From a virus, in the IMG/VR virus record IMGVR_UViG_3300046115_000180: DNA of 64,000 nucleotides, one strand, 5' to 3'. Both the position numbers and the translations under genes were made by a program. Below, piece after piece: positions 27,679 to 37,191 of the stretch. The notes under the pieces are model-generated. The model searched no databases, had not been told where the DNA came from, and saw only the letters and a list, made by a program, of their open reading frames with translations. The first letter of the stretch is position 1. Each line of letters begins with the position of its first letter.

Positions 27679-28399
27679 AGTGCCTTAAATAATATTCTCG
27701 ATCCTCAACCAGTCGGTTGAGCACTCGTTTGGATTTAACTGTGTGAACGAAAACTGTGCCGGCGTAGCGGACCTTGCCACTCATGACGCCGAAGTGGAAC
27801 TCGTCGTTTTCGCTAGGAAAACTAACAGATCCGTTTCGAAAATCCTTGTGCGGAACCCCCGCGAGCCGCGCGCACTGGAGCAACCAGTGATCAATCACCG
27901 GCGTAATCGGGTCCGGCGTCGGCACCGTCGACCAACAAAGAAGTTTCTTGATGACGGCGCGAGAGAAGAACCAGGGCGGGTGCAGCGCAATCCGCGGCAA
28001 CTCGTAGCCCGCGGGACGTTCGTGCATCAAGTCCGAGATCTCATTCGACCAGAGCGTCTCCGAGTCTTTATAGAGATACGCCGGCAACAACGGGTCTAGG
28101 CAAAGTGAGTCCGCGTCGCACGCGAAGAAAAACTGCTCTGGAAATTCCAGCATCATCCGCATATGGATCTCCTGGCGCCGGATTGCATCTTCGCCGATGT
28201 AGCATCGCTTTCCGCCGGTGCGGAAAGTCACGTCGGCGATGGTGCCGTCGTTATCCCAGGGCTTGATCGGTGCGTCTTCCGGCGAGAAAACGGTCACCGG
28301 GCAGCGATGGTGCAGATAGTATGGCAGCAACGCCTGGATTTGGTGCGCGTCACCAGCGTATCCAAAAATAACTACTCGGGTGCTCGGGTTACCTTTCAT
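27671..28399 (-). CDS. glycosyltransferase-like protein (paralogue A)
   Basis: Clear paralogue of the next gene (YAGDAHQ, WSNE(I/V)SD(L/M)MH, FVHT/SVK). Lies in the sugar cluster. The family was not recognised. Confidence 0.5.
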   Translation of the reverse strand: MKGNPSTRVVIFGYAGDAHQIQALLPYYLHHRCPVTVFSPEDAPIKPWDNDGTIADVTFRTGGKRCYIGEDAIRRQEIHMRMMLEFPEQFFFACDADSLCLDPLLPAYLYKDSETLWSNEISDLMHERPAGYELPRIALHPPWFFSRAVIKKLLCWSTVPTPDPITPVIDHWLLQCARLAGVPHKDFRNGSVSFPSENDEFHFGVMSGKVRYAGTVFVHTVKSKRVLNRLVEDREYYLRHYV

Positions 28400-29295
28400 C
28401 GTCGTCGGCTGGAAACGCTTACTATCTTCTGCCCCGGATTCAACCGTCGTTTCTGTTTGATATACGACGAGTGGTCGTGCACGAGCCAGTTGAGGACGCG
28501 CTTTTCTTTTATAGAGTGCACAAAAACTTTACCTTGCGTGCTGACGACTCGCCGCATTACGGCTAGCCCTTCTGGGGAATTTGTTGTTGGGTAGCTAGCG
28601 CCGTCGCGAAAGTTATTATGGGGGCAGCCGGATGCTACTGCCCACGCGCAGAGGCACCAATCGATAAAAGGTGTTTGCCCATCAAAAATATTTTTTCTAT
28701 CAGCCGCGCTTAACAGCCGCTTTATAACCCGCCGAGACATTACATACGGGGGTTGAAACGCCAGTCGGGGCCACGGATAGCCGGCCGCACGATGGTGCAT
28801 CATATCAGAGACTTCATTCGACCAGAGAACTTCTGGCTCGGCGAAAACGTAGTCCGGAATTTTCGGAGATAGGCACACGCTGTCGGAATCATTCATGAGA
28901 AACCACTCGAATGGATAGTCCAACAGCGCGTGCATCTGAAGCCGCTGCCGCTCCAAAGAATCCCAGCCTATGTATGCCCTCTTGCCTTCGAAACGACAAA
29001 TGTGCGGCCCCATTTTTTCAATCCGTGAATCGTTCGGCGAAAAAATTACAACAGAACAATTGTGATGCTCGTATAGCGGCAGGGCGTTTCGAACCTGGTG
29101 GGCATCGCCGGCATACCCGTGAACCGAAACTAAAGTTGAATTGTTCACAACAAATTCTTTCTGCTCAATTCCAAAAGTGAAAAATCCTTTACCCCATGAA
29201 TCCACGACACTCTCGCAGCCGTAAACTGGTCCCAACTTTCTTGAGTAAAAGTCGGACACCGCCACAAACTTTTTACGAAAGGAAAATCGGCCCAA
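28396..29295 (-). CDS. glycosyltransferase-like protein (paralogue B; start uncertain)
   Basis: Paralogue of 27671..28399. The ORF-track start overlaps the upstream gene by ~150 nt, so the true start is probably internal. Confidence 0.45.
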   Translation of the reverse strand: MGRFSFRKKFVAVSDFYSRKLGPVYGCESVVDSWGKGFFTFGIEQKEFVVNNSTLVSVHGYAGDAHQVRNALPLYEHHNCSVVIFSPNDSRIEKMGPHICRFEGKRAYIGWDSLERQRLQMHALLDYPFEWFLMNDSDSVCLSPKIPDYVFAEPEVLWSNEVSDMMHHRAAGYPWPRLAFQPPYVMSRRVIKRLLSAADRKNIFDGQTPFIDWCLCAWAVASGCPHNNFRDGASYPTTNSPEGLAVMRRVVSTQGKVFVHSIKEKRVLNWLVHDHSSYIKQKRRLNPGQKIVSVSSRRR

Positions 29296-29867
29296 CCCCG
29301 CTTTTTAAACTCCGGTGCGAGTGCCCAGTCCCATCCCACCGTGCCGTCACTTACGTTTACCGCTAGATATTTCAAAAACGAAAGACTCCCCGACAGCATA
29401 CAGCAATCGCCATTGATGTGGTCTCGTGCGGGATTTGGAATCAGCGCGCCAGCCGCACAAATTTCAGTTACTTTATTCGCGGCGTCCCACGCCATGTGCA
29501 TCTGCGCCAGCCAGTCTCGACGCAACGGCACGCTGTCGGCCCCCAGGATGAGGACCGCTTTATACTGCGGAATTTTTCCTCCCGCCATCTTGTGATAAAT
29601 CCATTCCATCGCCCCAAAGAAAATCGACGTGCAGCCGAGGGGCCAACCCACACCGCGGCGCGTGCTCGTGTAGGAGTAGATGTTGAACTTGCGAGCGGCG
29701 TATTTCTCTGTCTCGACATCGTGCTTGCAATCGAACCGCGAGACGAAAAGGATATCGGCCGATATGGAGTGGTCCGGTTCCAAATCCGCGAGCAGCCGCG
29801 CCAACTTCATGGCTTGTGCCCGGTCGTTTTTCCAAAACAGAATCGTGATGAGTATTTTGTTGCTCAT
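29145..29867 (-). CDS. glycosyltransferase-like protein
   Basis: The MSNKILITILFW start is ATGA-coupled. Lies in the sugar cluster. No firm motif. Confidence 0.4.
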   Translation of the reverse strand: MSNKILITILFWKNDRAQAMKLARLLADLEPDHSISADILFVSRFDCKHDVETEKYAARKFNIYSYTSTRRGVGWPLGCTSIFFGAMEWIYHKMAGGKIPQYKAVLILGADSVPLRRDWLAQMHMAWDAANKVTEICAAGALIPNPARDHINGDCCMLSGSLSFLKYLAVNVSDGTVGWDWALAPEFKKRGWADFPFVKSLWRCPTFTQESWDQFTAARVSWIHGVKDFSLLELSRKNLL

Positions 29868-30736
29868 TCCATCTTTCTTGGACCGTAAACGTGGTGCCCA
29901 ATGTGCCCGCAGAGCAAGCCGAGATCGACATGGGGCTGGTGCCCCGACTCTGCCGCTCGTATACAAAACTGGCTGTCCTCACCCATCCCAAGGCTGGACT
30001 TCCGCTTCGCGTCCCGAAGGGCGCCGTCCAGCATTTCATACGCCTTGAGTGCTTTCTCGCCCGTCATCGGACCCGCGGACAAAAATTTATGCGTCCGGTG
30101 CACGTGGTCGAGTAGGTTGTGCTCCGAGGTAGAAAACCAGTGTCCGCCCATTCCATCCGGACCGCGGCCCAGGTGCGGAAACCGCTTTTCCATGTCCTCA
30201 AACACACTCCGATGAATCATCATACAGCCGGTGCCAACCCAGCGCGTCGGCTTGCACACATCTTGCGGGCCGGTTCGCACATACTCTGCCTCTGCCTTTC
30301 CCTCGTTGTAAACGGGATACCCGTTTTTCCATCGGCCAAAATACAGCGCGCCCACTAACGTTTTGCCGTGCGAAAGCAGCCGGTCGATGGCGTTGAACTT
30401 CGAAAATGGTTCCGGAACCTCGTATCCCATATGCCCGTTGAACCACGCCGAGTTCCCGAATGGAATCAGCATGTCGTCGTCGATAGTCAGCATCCATTCC
30501 AGGTCCGACTTCAGAAAAAGATCCGCGCAAGTGTTACGAGAGTGCGCCACGAACGCGTCGCCGAAATTCAGCATCGACGATGTCCGCCGCTTGTCTGCGA
30601 GTTGCGAAACGCAGAATGACGTAATCGGGTGCACGTGCTTGAGCCATGGGTACACCAGCATCACCCTCTTTTTGAAGATGGCGACAGAAGAAAGGGGCGT
30701 CACGGCGCCCCCCACGATTCCAACTTCCGGTTCCAT
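29864..30736 (-). CDS. GT-A fold (family 2-like) glycosyltransferase
   Basis: TIDDDMLIP (DxD motif) and GTGCMMIHRSVFE are typical of GT2-type enzymes. Confidence 0.6.
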   Translation of the reverse strand: MEPEVGIVGGAVTPLSSVAIFKKRVMLVYPWLKHVHPITSFCVSQLADKRRTSSMLNFGDAFVAHSRNTCADLFLKSDLEWMLTIDDDMLIPFGNSAWFNGHMGYEVPEPFSKFNAIDRLLSHGKTLVGALYFGRWKNGYPVYNEGKAEAEYVRTGPQDVCKPTRWVGTGCMMIHRSVFEDMEKRFPHLGRGPDGMGGHWFSTSEHNLLDHVHRTHKFLSAGPMTGEKALKAYEMLDGALRDAKRKSSLGMGEDSQFCIRAAESGHQPHVDLGLLCGHIGHHVYGPRKME

Positions 30737-32088
30737 TAGACTCCAGCCGCGGCTTTCTGCCGAGTTTCGATTACCTGCTTTCGGAGACTGTCCAATGAGT
30801 CTCCGGCGGAGATATTAAAGTTGTCCTTGGTCTTTACTGGCTCGGGGCGATTCGTCGGAGCGCCCGACTCCCTCGACCGGCTCGGAGACTTAAGACGCTC
30901 GATCAGTTTGTTCGCGTCGTCCAATTTTTTCTGGAGCGACTCCATCCCGACTTTCTGCGCCGCATTGACTTTCTGAAGATTAAAAAGTTGGGCCATACCG
31001 ACGAGCATTATCGCGCGCATCTGCGGACTATCATCCGCCAGGGCTTCGTCGAGTTGCTTGCGCGTCGTGGCGACAAACTCGTTATGTTCCTTGACCGACT
31101 TGACTGTGGCGTCGTCCGCACCGGCGGGCGCCGTCTTCTCTGTCAGCCACTCGACTTTGGGCAACAACTGATTCAGTTCCGTTTTCGTTGCGGTAGTATG
31201 CGACACGGCAGACTGTTTAAACGACTGCTCTCGTTCCGAGAGATACTGGCCGATATTCTCCTTGACGGACTTGATCGCCTGCTCCTTGTTGAATTTTTGC
31301 TGCTCGATGTCGGCGATTTTCGTCTCCACCAACCGCTGGATCGTCGGATCTTTGATCACCTCGAAAATCTTGGTCATGTTGACGTTTTCCGGTCCGCCGT
31401 ATTTCTTGATCTGGGCGATTGTCTCGTCTGTGACCGCGGGGGATTTCTTCAGTTGAGAGTAGATGAAATCTTGGGCCGAGGTGACCGCCTTGTCGTATTC
31501 CTTGAACTTCGGGTCCAGGTCCACGTCCAGCCGGGCGCGAAACTGACGAAGGTCTTCCAATTCTTTGGTCACTTCCGCCGGCACCGGGTTCTTCAGTTTC
31601 TCGGAGAACTCAGAATTCGCTTTCGTAAGGTCCGCAAGTTGTTGCTCCAGTTTGGAAATTTCCTGGGCCGCTCGGGTTTTTACTGACAAAAATGCTTCGG
31701 AAGACTTGGGGCTAGCACCCGCGGGAAGCCCTGGCGAGTCCTTGAAAAGTTCGGCGGCGCGTTTTTCCGCGGCATCGTCCTTCGGCGGAGTAACGGGCGG
31801 AGTGGCTGCAGGTTTCACCGGCGGTTCATCGCCAGCCTTCGGTTCGTCACCCGGTTTGGGATCACCATCCGGTTTTGGCTCATCGCCCGGTTTGGGTTCC
31901 ACCTCCAGCGCTGCCTCGGCATCGGCAGCCTTCTTCTCGTTGGCGGCTTTCAACAAATCGTCAAGTGCGACGGACGTATCGGGAGAAGCAGCCGGTGCCA
32001 AAGACTGCCCTGCGGCGTCTTGCGCCGCTACCTTGGCTGCGATTTCTGCGTTGTGCTCTGCGTTGTTTGTTTTCGGTTGGTCAGGCAT
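30736..32088 (-). CDS. scaffolding-like protein
   Basis: 450 aa, K/E/A/P-rich and coiled-coil-like. It sits one small gene downstream of the portal gene. Confidence 0.5.
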   Translation of the reverse strand: MPDQPKTNNAEHNAEIAAKVAAQDAAGQSLAPAASPDTSVALDDLLKAANEKKAADAEAALEVEPKPGDEPKPDGDPKPGDEPKAGDEPPVKPAATPPVTPPKDDAAEKRAAELFKDSPGLPAGASPKSSEAFLSVKTRAAQEISKLEQQLADLTKANSEFSEKLKNPVPAEVTKELEDLRQFRARLDVDLDPKFKEYDKAVTSAQDFIYSQLKKSPAVTDETIAQIKKYGGPENVNMTKIFEVIKDPTIQRLVETKIADIEQQKFNKEQAIKSVKENIGQYLSEREQSFKQSAVSHTTATKTELNQLLPKVEWLTEKTAPAGADDATVKSVKEHNEFVATTRKQLDEALADDSPQMRAIMLVGMAQLFNLQKVNAAQKVGMESLQKKLDDANKLIERLKSPSRSRESGAPTNRPEPVKTKDNFNISAGDSLDSLRKQVIETRQKAAAGV

Positions 32089-32099
32089 ATTGGTATGGG

Positions 32100-32408
32100 T
32101 TATGGTTGAATTTTGTTTCCGTCATTCCAGCTTCGGTCATCTGTAAGGGACGGGTAATTTGTCGCGGGTTCCGAAATAACTTGCTTCGGATACGTGGAAA
32201 GACTCAACATCGTTCGAGCGAACTCCTGGAAACCCCGAACCTCCCCGGAACGAATGAGAATCGCGTTAGTATCAGCGGAACCGAGCAGTTCGGGCGTCGA
32301 TTCGAGAATCTTCGGAATGAGTCGCTGACCGGTTCGAGAGTTAAGAAAAGTTTGCCAGACAGCAATATCGTCGGAATCCCAGGGTAATGAGTCGGAGGTG
32401 ATTTCCAT
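32100..32408 (-). CDS. hypothetical protein (102 aa)
   Basis: ORF between portal and scaffold. Confidence 0.5.
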   Translation of the reverse strand: MEITSDSLPWDSDDIAVWQTFLNSRTGQRLIPKILESTPELLGSADTNAILIRSGEVRGFQEFARTMLSLSTYPKQVISEPATNYPSLTDDRSWNDGNKIQP

Positions 32409-32423
32409 AGTAGGTGAACATGG

Positions 32424-34457
32424 TTATTCGGGTGGGGGTTGAGATTGTAACTCGGCGGCTTGTTGGTCTAACTGCTTTAGCTCCGCGAGCACCTTGCCGG
32501 TATTCTTGACGAGGTCCGCGACTTGCTGAAGTTGTTCTTTCGGAGCGCCCTGCTCCAAACTTCGATTGTAATGCTCGGTTATGTGGGCTAGAATTGCCTC
32601 CAGCGCTACGGTCTCGGCGCCGCCTTGCATAATCGCGGCCGCGGTTTGTTCCGCAACCGGCATTATGACGCTCAAGTGGACTTGATGATTATCGCGCGGA
32701 CTCACGGGCACTGGTTGGCCGGACGATAGAAGAACCAATTCTAACTGCTGCAACCGCTGCTGCTCCGATTCCACCGTGGGGTCATTATCCGGAATCAACA
32801 CACGCTCGGCGAAATTTGCGCCCACGCGCGCACTCAAATCTTCGATCTCCATCTGCCGCTGATTGTATAGCGGATTTCCACGCTTCTCTGCAACCACCGC
32901 GGCGACCATTTGGCGCTCCAGGGGAGTGAGATCCCGAACCGTGCCGGCGACCGGCTGCTCGGAAAGTTCTTTTAACTCGGCGGCCGTCAAAAATTCTTTG
33001 AGTTTCTTGCGCGCGGCCTTCGCATCTTCATCATCGGTATCGGAATCGCAAATTCTTCGCTGCATAGTTCCAACCATATCGACGAACTGCTCCAAAAATC
33101 GACCGATTTTTGCATCCTTACTTTCCTCCTCCCTTTGCGCAACCAAGTTCCAGGCCGTCGACGAACGAAACGCCTCGCCTTCGAGCTTCGGGGGCGACAC
33201 ATTGCCGACCAATTGGTCGACCAGCATAGAAAAGTAAGCATCCAACTTGAGAAACGGCTCGATGTTACCGTCAATTTTCTGCTCCAGCACCGTCCAACCA
33301 TTCGGCACAATAGCCGTGGCGCCGACAATCGACATTTTAAAAGTGTGTATCCTCTTTATGTCGCCCTGGATAAGAGTTTTCCCGGATAAAATCGAGCGGT
33401 CGACGATTTCATTACGGGTTCGGTCCAGCATGCCGGCCAATTCGTAGATATCTCGCCCCACGCCCTTGCTTCCGTGCATTTTCCCATTTCCCTTCTGATA
33501 AGAAAAGAACGCGAGGCACGCTTCCATCGACTCAAACCGATCCTCCTTGGAAAAAATCTCATCGCGGCCCTCTCCGGCCAGCCGATAGTGACTCACCTTG
33601 CCGTCAACCTCGCGCGCGAGCAGAGAATACACCGTAATGACGCTGGCACCGGCCATATAAGACGACCCGAGCGTCAGATCACGAATGGCGTTCTGATACC
33701 ACGTCTCCGCGTTCGTCGCACTGCCAAGTTGCTCTCTGAGTTGTGCCGGCGACGCCTTATTAATTGCATCGATAGTCTTCTGGATTTTCCATCCGACCAT
33801 TTCCGCGGCTTCTCTATCTTTGATCTGAGCAAACAACTCGTGCGGAAGATATACTTCTTTCAACGCGATGATCTGGCCAGAGTATACCGATTGAGACGCG
33901 CCGTCCGGAAGAAAACTTTCATCCTGATGGAACGCTTTTGGAAACCAAGAGAGTTCGTCGAGCCACGCCACAACCGAGTGGCCGAAAAGGGCGTTGTCGA
34001 AGGCGATGTCTTCGACCAGCGGGCGCCAGCCCTTGCGCGCGCGAATCGTCTCGGTGATGATCTTGCGAAATTTCTCCGTCTTCTGGGTCGAGTTCTCCCA
34101 CTTGTCCGAGAGCGAGGAATTCGTCAGATACTTAAGGCTGTTGACGGCTTCGACAAACCTCGGCGCGACCTTCTCGATCATCAGCGGCAGCGGCTTCGTG
34201 GTAAAATTCTGGCGCCACCCGAGTCCCTCGGCCTCCAGTTTACAAGAATCGTAAGGCCGCTCCGCGTTATACTTCGCCAGGATACGCCCGTTGACGATCT
34301 GCCGGTTTCGGTTCGACGATATCAGGGTCTCGACGATATCCTTCGCCATCCCGGCGTCCTTGACACTGTGCCGCGTCGGTTCGCCGGCCGAATTGATCTT
34401 CGGGCTTTGGATCAGCCCGTCGTTGGAAACTTCAGAATCAGACATCGGCATAGACAT
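32424..34457 (-). CDS. portal protein
   Basis: 677 aa, downstream of large terminase and upstream of scaffold. Size and position are typical. GCACTGTTTAAATG precedes the start. Confidence 0.65.
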   Translation of the reverse strand: MSMPMSDSEVSNDGLIQSPKINSAGEPTRHSVKDAGMAKDIVETLISSNRNRQIVNGRILAKYNAERPYDSCKLEAEGLGWRQNFTTKPLPLMIEKVAPRFVEAVNSLKYLTNSSLSDKWENSTQKTEKFRKIITETIRARKGWRPLVEDIAFDNALFGHSVVAWLDELSWFPKAFHQDESFLPDGASQSVYSGQIIALKEVYLPHELFAQIKDREAAEMVGWKIQKTIDAINKASPAQLREQLGSATNAETWYQNAIRDLTLGSSYMAGASVITVYSLLAREVDGKVSHYRLAGEGRDEIFSKEDRFESMEACLAFFSYQKGNGKMHGSKGVGRDIYELAGMLDRTRNEIVDRSILSGKTLIQGDIKRIHTFKMSIVGATAIVPNGWTVLEQKIDGNIEPFLKLDAYFSMLVDQLVGNVSPPKLEGEAFRSSTAWNLVAQREEESKDAKIGRFLEQFVDMVGTMQRRICDSDTDDEDAKAARKKLKEFLTAAELKELSEQPVAGTVRDLTPLERQMVAAVVAEKRGNPLYNQRQMEIEDLSARVGANFAERVLIPDNDPTVESEQQRLQQLELVLLSSGQPVPVSPRDNHQVHLSVIMPVAEQTAAAIMQGGAETVALEAILAHITEHYNRSLEQGAPKEQLQQVADLVKNTGKVLAELKQLDQQAAELQSQPPPE

Positions 34458-34712
34458 TTAAACAGTGCTCGAACGGACCCATACCCGCGACCACTTTCGC
34501 TTCGGGCAGCGCTCGGTATTCATACGGGTCTTCGCCTCGATAAAGCAGGAACAAACCCCACATTGCTCTCCGTCCCGAAACGGGCAGGGATCGCAGATCG
34601 CCTGTCGTTCGTCGACTACCTCTTCCTCGGCCAAGATCTGGTATCCAGCAACCCGGGCATATCCGGCAACCACCAGCGCGACGAGGAGACGAAAAGGGTT
34701 TGGTATAGTCAT
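34458..34712 (-). CDS. small membrane-anchored Cys-rich protein (84 aa)
   Basis: N-terminal hydrophobic helix followed by CDPCPF...CGVCSCF...CPKRKW. ATGA-coupled. Confidence 0.5.
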   Translation of the reverse strand: MTIPNPFRLLVALVVAGYARVAGYQILAEEEVVDERQAICDPCPFRDGEQCGVCSCFIEAKTRMNTERCPKRKWSRVWVRSSTV

Positions 34713-35272
34713 TTGCGCTTGCGCCAACAGTGCGCCGGCACGTCGTCGAGGGGCGGTTCGTCCAGCCACGCAGCCGTCGGTATATCCGTGCCCAGGTGCG
34801 CGCACGCGTGAACCCGACCGTCCTGGCCGCGATCCCCTAAAACTTCCTTTCGGAATTCCTTGACCACCTTTTTGCACGACGAGCATCCGCCCGGGAGTTC
34901 CGTATGGAAGGGGCAAGTCACACAAATACTGGCCCGGGCGGTCATGACGCCGCCATCCGTGAAAAGGATGTGGCCGGCCTTTTTCTTCTTGCGCAGTTCG
35001 GAGAACCACGCGAGCACTCGGCCTTTCGTGCTTGCTTTTTTTGTTTGTTGTCGTGTCACAGGATCGTCGTTAAAACAAATACCAGAATCTCGCGCGCAAG
35101 CCTGAGAAGTAATTTCTCCCGACGGGTCGCCCGACGGCAACTTATTAAGTAGCCGATAACGGCGAATCCTCTTGATAAGCTCTGCCCAAGATGCCGCGCT
35201 GTGTCGACTGCCGTCCGTCTCTTTAAAAATGTAGCCATCTTTAGGCGATATGTTGAGCCGCAACCGAAGCAT
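34709..35272 (-). CDS. Cys-rich hypothetical protein (187 aa)
   Basis: Carries CVTCPF...GGCSSCKK...HACAH motifs and lies directly after terL. Confidence 0.5.
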   Translation of the reverse strand: MLRLRLNISPKDGYIFKETDGSRHSAASWAELIKRIRRYRLLNKLPSGDPSGEITSQACARDSGICFNDDPVTRQQTKKASTKGRVLAWFSELRKKKKAGHILFTDGGVMTARASICVTCPFHTELPGGCSSCKKVVKEFRKEVLGDRGQDGRVHACAHLGTDIPTAAWLDEPPLDDVPAHCWRKRK

Positions 35273-35274
35273 AT

Positions 35275-37191
35275 TTATGATATTCGATCATTCAAAACGT
35301 CTGCCCGGTTGGATTCATCGATCCGAACGCCATTCGGATACGACCAACTGTCGTCGTCATCCTCCGAGTTGGTATCACGTGAATCGGAGTCCGATGGTTT
35401 CATCGACGGGACGAAGCCGGAGCCTTTACGAACGGCATGCACAATCAGCGTAAGAGAGTCCGCCTCATTCGGCGACGATTGGCCCGTCCGCGCCATAAAC
35501 TCCCGTTTCGCCTCCACCTTCGTTTGCTTACCTGATTGCTTCGATTGTCGCTGCGTAAGTTGCGGCGCTAGCAACGTGAGATCCATTGCGGGGTGCAGCA
35601 ACAAATATCCAAACTCTGCGAAACTTCTGAACGCAAACCAAAGTTCCGCGCACATTCGATCATATGATTCTTTGCAGGTTTGCGTGTCTTCCTGCATCAA
35701 TTTTTCTTCCGACGGACCCTGCGAATAATTTACTCCGTGCACAGAACTCGACCACTCATGCTTGACTAAATCCACGGTGCCGCGGGTGTGCCCCGTCTGA
35801 TCCAGGCAAAGAAACTGAGGGCGAATACCAAAACGTTTGGCCAGCGTGATGACGGAATCTTTCATCGCCACCGTTTCGCCTTTCGGCAGGGTAACCTGTT
35901 GCTCAACCTGGAGCCCCCACCTCGGCGTCACGCGATGAAAACGATCCTTAAACATGACGGTGTGCCCATTCGGATGGTCGATAGACGGCGGATACTTCAC
36001 GCCAGTTGCCCGTCCCCACTTACCGAGTGTGAACGGCGCCGCGTCGCCACCGTCCAACGCGAGATCACACGAACCTACCGCCACGGGAGTGTCATACCAG
36101 ATGTATTCTCCCCGGATCTTCGGAATCATGCCCGGAGGAATTATCGAAAGTGAAATGCCGGTCGGTGGATACGCACCGCGCCCCATTGAATAATACCCCG
36201 CTGTCTCGCGCCCGCCCGCGTTGCGCGCGATCCTTTCTAACCCCGCCACATGCTGCAAACCCTGGAAAATAACGCGTTTATGGATTACGTTCTCGGAGCG
36301 CTCGCCGTCCAGCCGCAGCACGTCCCAATCGCGTTTCGACTTCCATCGATAGTGCGAATTGATGTCGAAATTCTCCCAACCCGTCACCGGTTCCGCGCGC
36401 TTGCTGACTTCATCATTCTGATTGGTAGGGTTATACGCCCCGAAAATTTTGAACCCGCCGACCTTCCCCCCTTCTTCCACGAGAGAAAGCACGTTGTCGA
36501 TGTCGTTCCAAAGTCCCCCCGGAACATTTTCAATTTCGTCGATGAAAATGAACACGCGCCCAAGCGAACCAAAAATGGGATGCGGATTGATGCGCGGATT
36601 ACGCTTTCCGCCCTGCAACCGGCCCGCCTTTTTCGTGTTGCCCTTTGGAATCACGAGCCCCGCTATCGAAGAAATCTGATTGCGCCGGTCGAGTCCTATG
36701 AAAAGATCGCCCACTTCTCCGGGCATCGGCAACGTCGCGGTTTTGTGCAATCGAACCAGATGCGAAAAAAGATTGCGCTCCAGGTGATCCTCGCTCGGGC
36801 CGATCACTTGCACTGTAGTCCATTCTGGATCTCGAATCCATTCCAGGAAAAGCCGCACACCGATGCCGTAGCTCTTACTGCACGAAGCGGCCCCCATAAT
36901 AAGGCCGGTATTCGCAGTCTCAAACAGGTTCCACAGATCTTTCGTGAACTGCGGCTCGGAAGTAAATTGATTTTTCGTCCAGAGCATCGCGGCCGCTTCC
37001 TCCGGCGCGCCGGAGTTAAGAAGGTGATGCAGGTAATGCTGGAGCAACTCCATGGCGGTGTTCTCCTTCTCGATCCGGATACTCAGCCGGCAATAGTCAG
37101 AAACCTCGCGCGCCGCCGATATCAAATCGTGGGAATGCACGAGCGACGCTACCGTGGACGCCAGTTTACGTTCTGCCGAGTCTACTAGCAT
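35275..37191 (-). CDS. terL: terminase large subunit
   Basis: Walker A-like GAASCSKSYG and Walker B VFIFIDEIE. Nuclease-domain segment SCDLALDGGDAAPF and a C-terminal NEADSL. Confidence 0.85.
   Translation of the reverse strand: MLVDSAERKLASTVASLVHSHDLISAAREVSDYCRLSIRIEKENTAMELLQHYLHHLLNSGAPEEAAAMLWTKNQFTSEPQFTKDLWNLFETANTGLIMGAASCSKSYGIGVRLFLEWIRDPEWTTVQVIGPSEDHLERNLFSHLVRLHKTATLPMPGEVGDLFIGLDRRNQISSIAGLVIPKGNTKKAGRLQGGKRNPRINPHPIFGSLGRVFIFIDEIENVPGGLWNDIDNVLSLVEEGGKVGGFKIFGAYNPTNQNDEVSKRAEPVTGWENFDINSHYRWKSKRDWDVLRLDGERSENVIHKRVIFQGLQHVAGLERIARNAGGRETAGYYSMGRGAYPPTGISLSIIPPGMIPKIRGEYIWYDTPVAVGSCDLALDGGDAAPFTLGKWGRATGVKYPPSIDHPNGHTVMFKDRFHRVTPRWGLQVEQQVTLPKGETVAMKDSVITLAKRFGIRPQFLCLDQTGHTRGTVDLVKHEWSSSVHGVNYSQGPSEEKLMQEDTQTCKESYDRMCAELWFAFRSFAEFGYLLLHPAMDLTLLAPQLTQRQSKQSGKQTKVEAKREFMARTGQSSPNEADSLTLIVHAVRKGSGFVPSMKPSDSDSRDTNSEDDDDSWSYPNGVRIDESNRADVLNDRIS

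Noticed and set aside
33474-34811. 445-aa plus-strand ORF antisense to the portal gene. Similar long antisense ORFs occur at 36250..37188, 17300..18418, 9272..10051 and 60290..60943.
   Set aside because: They have Arg/Pro/Leu-rich, low-information composition typical of antisense frames in GC-rich DNA. Each lies fully inside a much better supported gene on the other strand.
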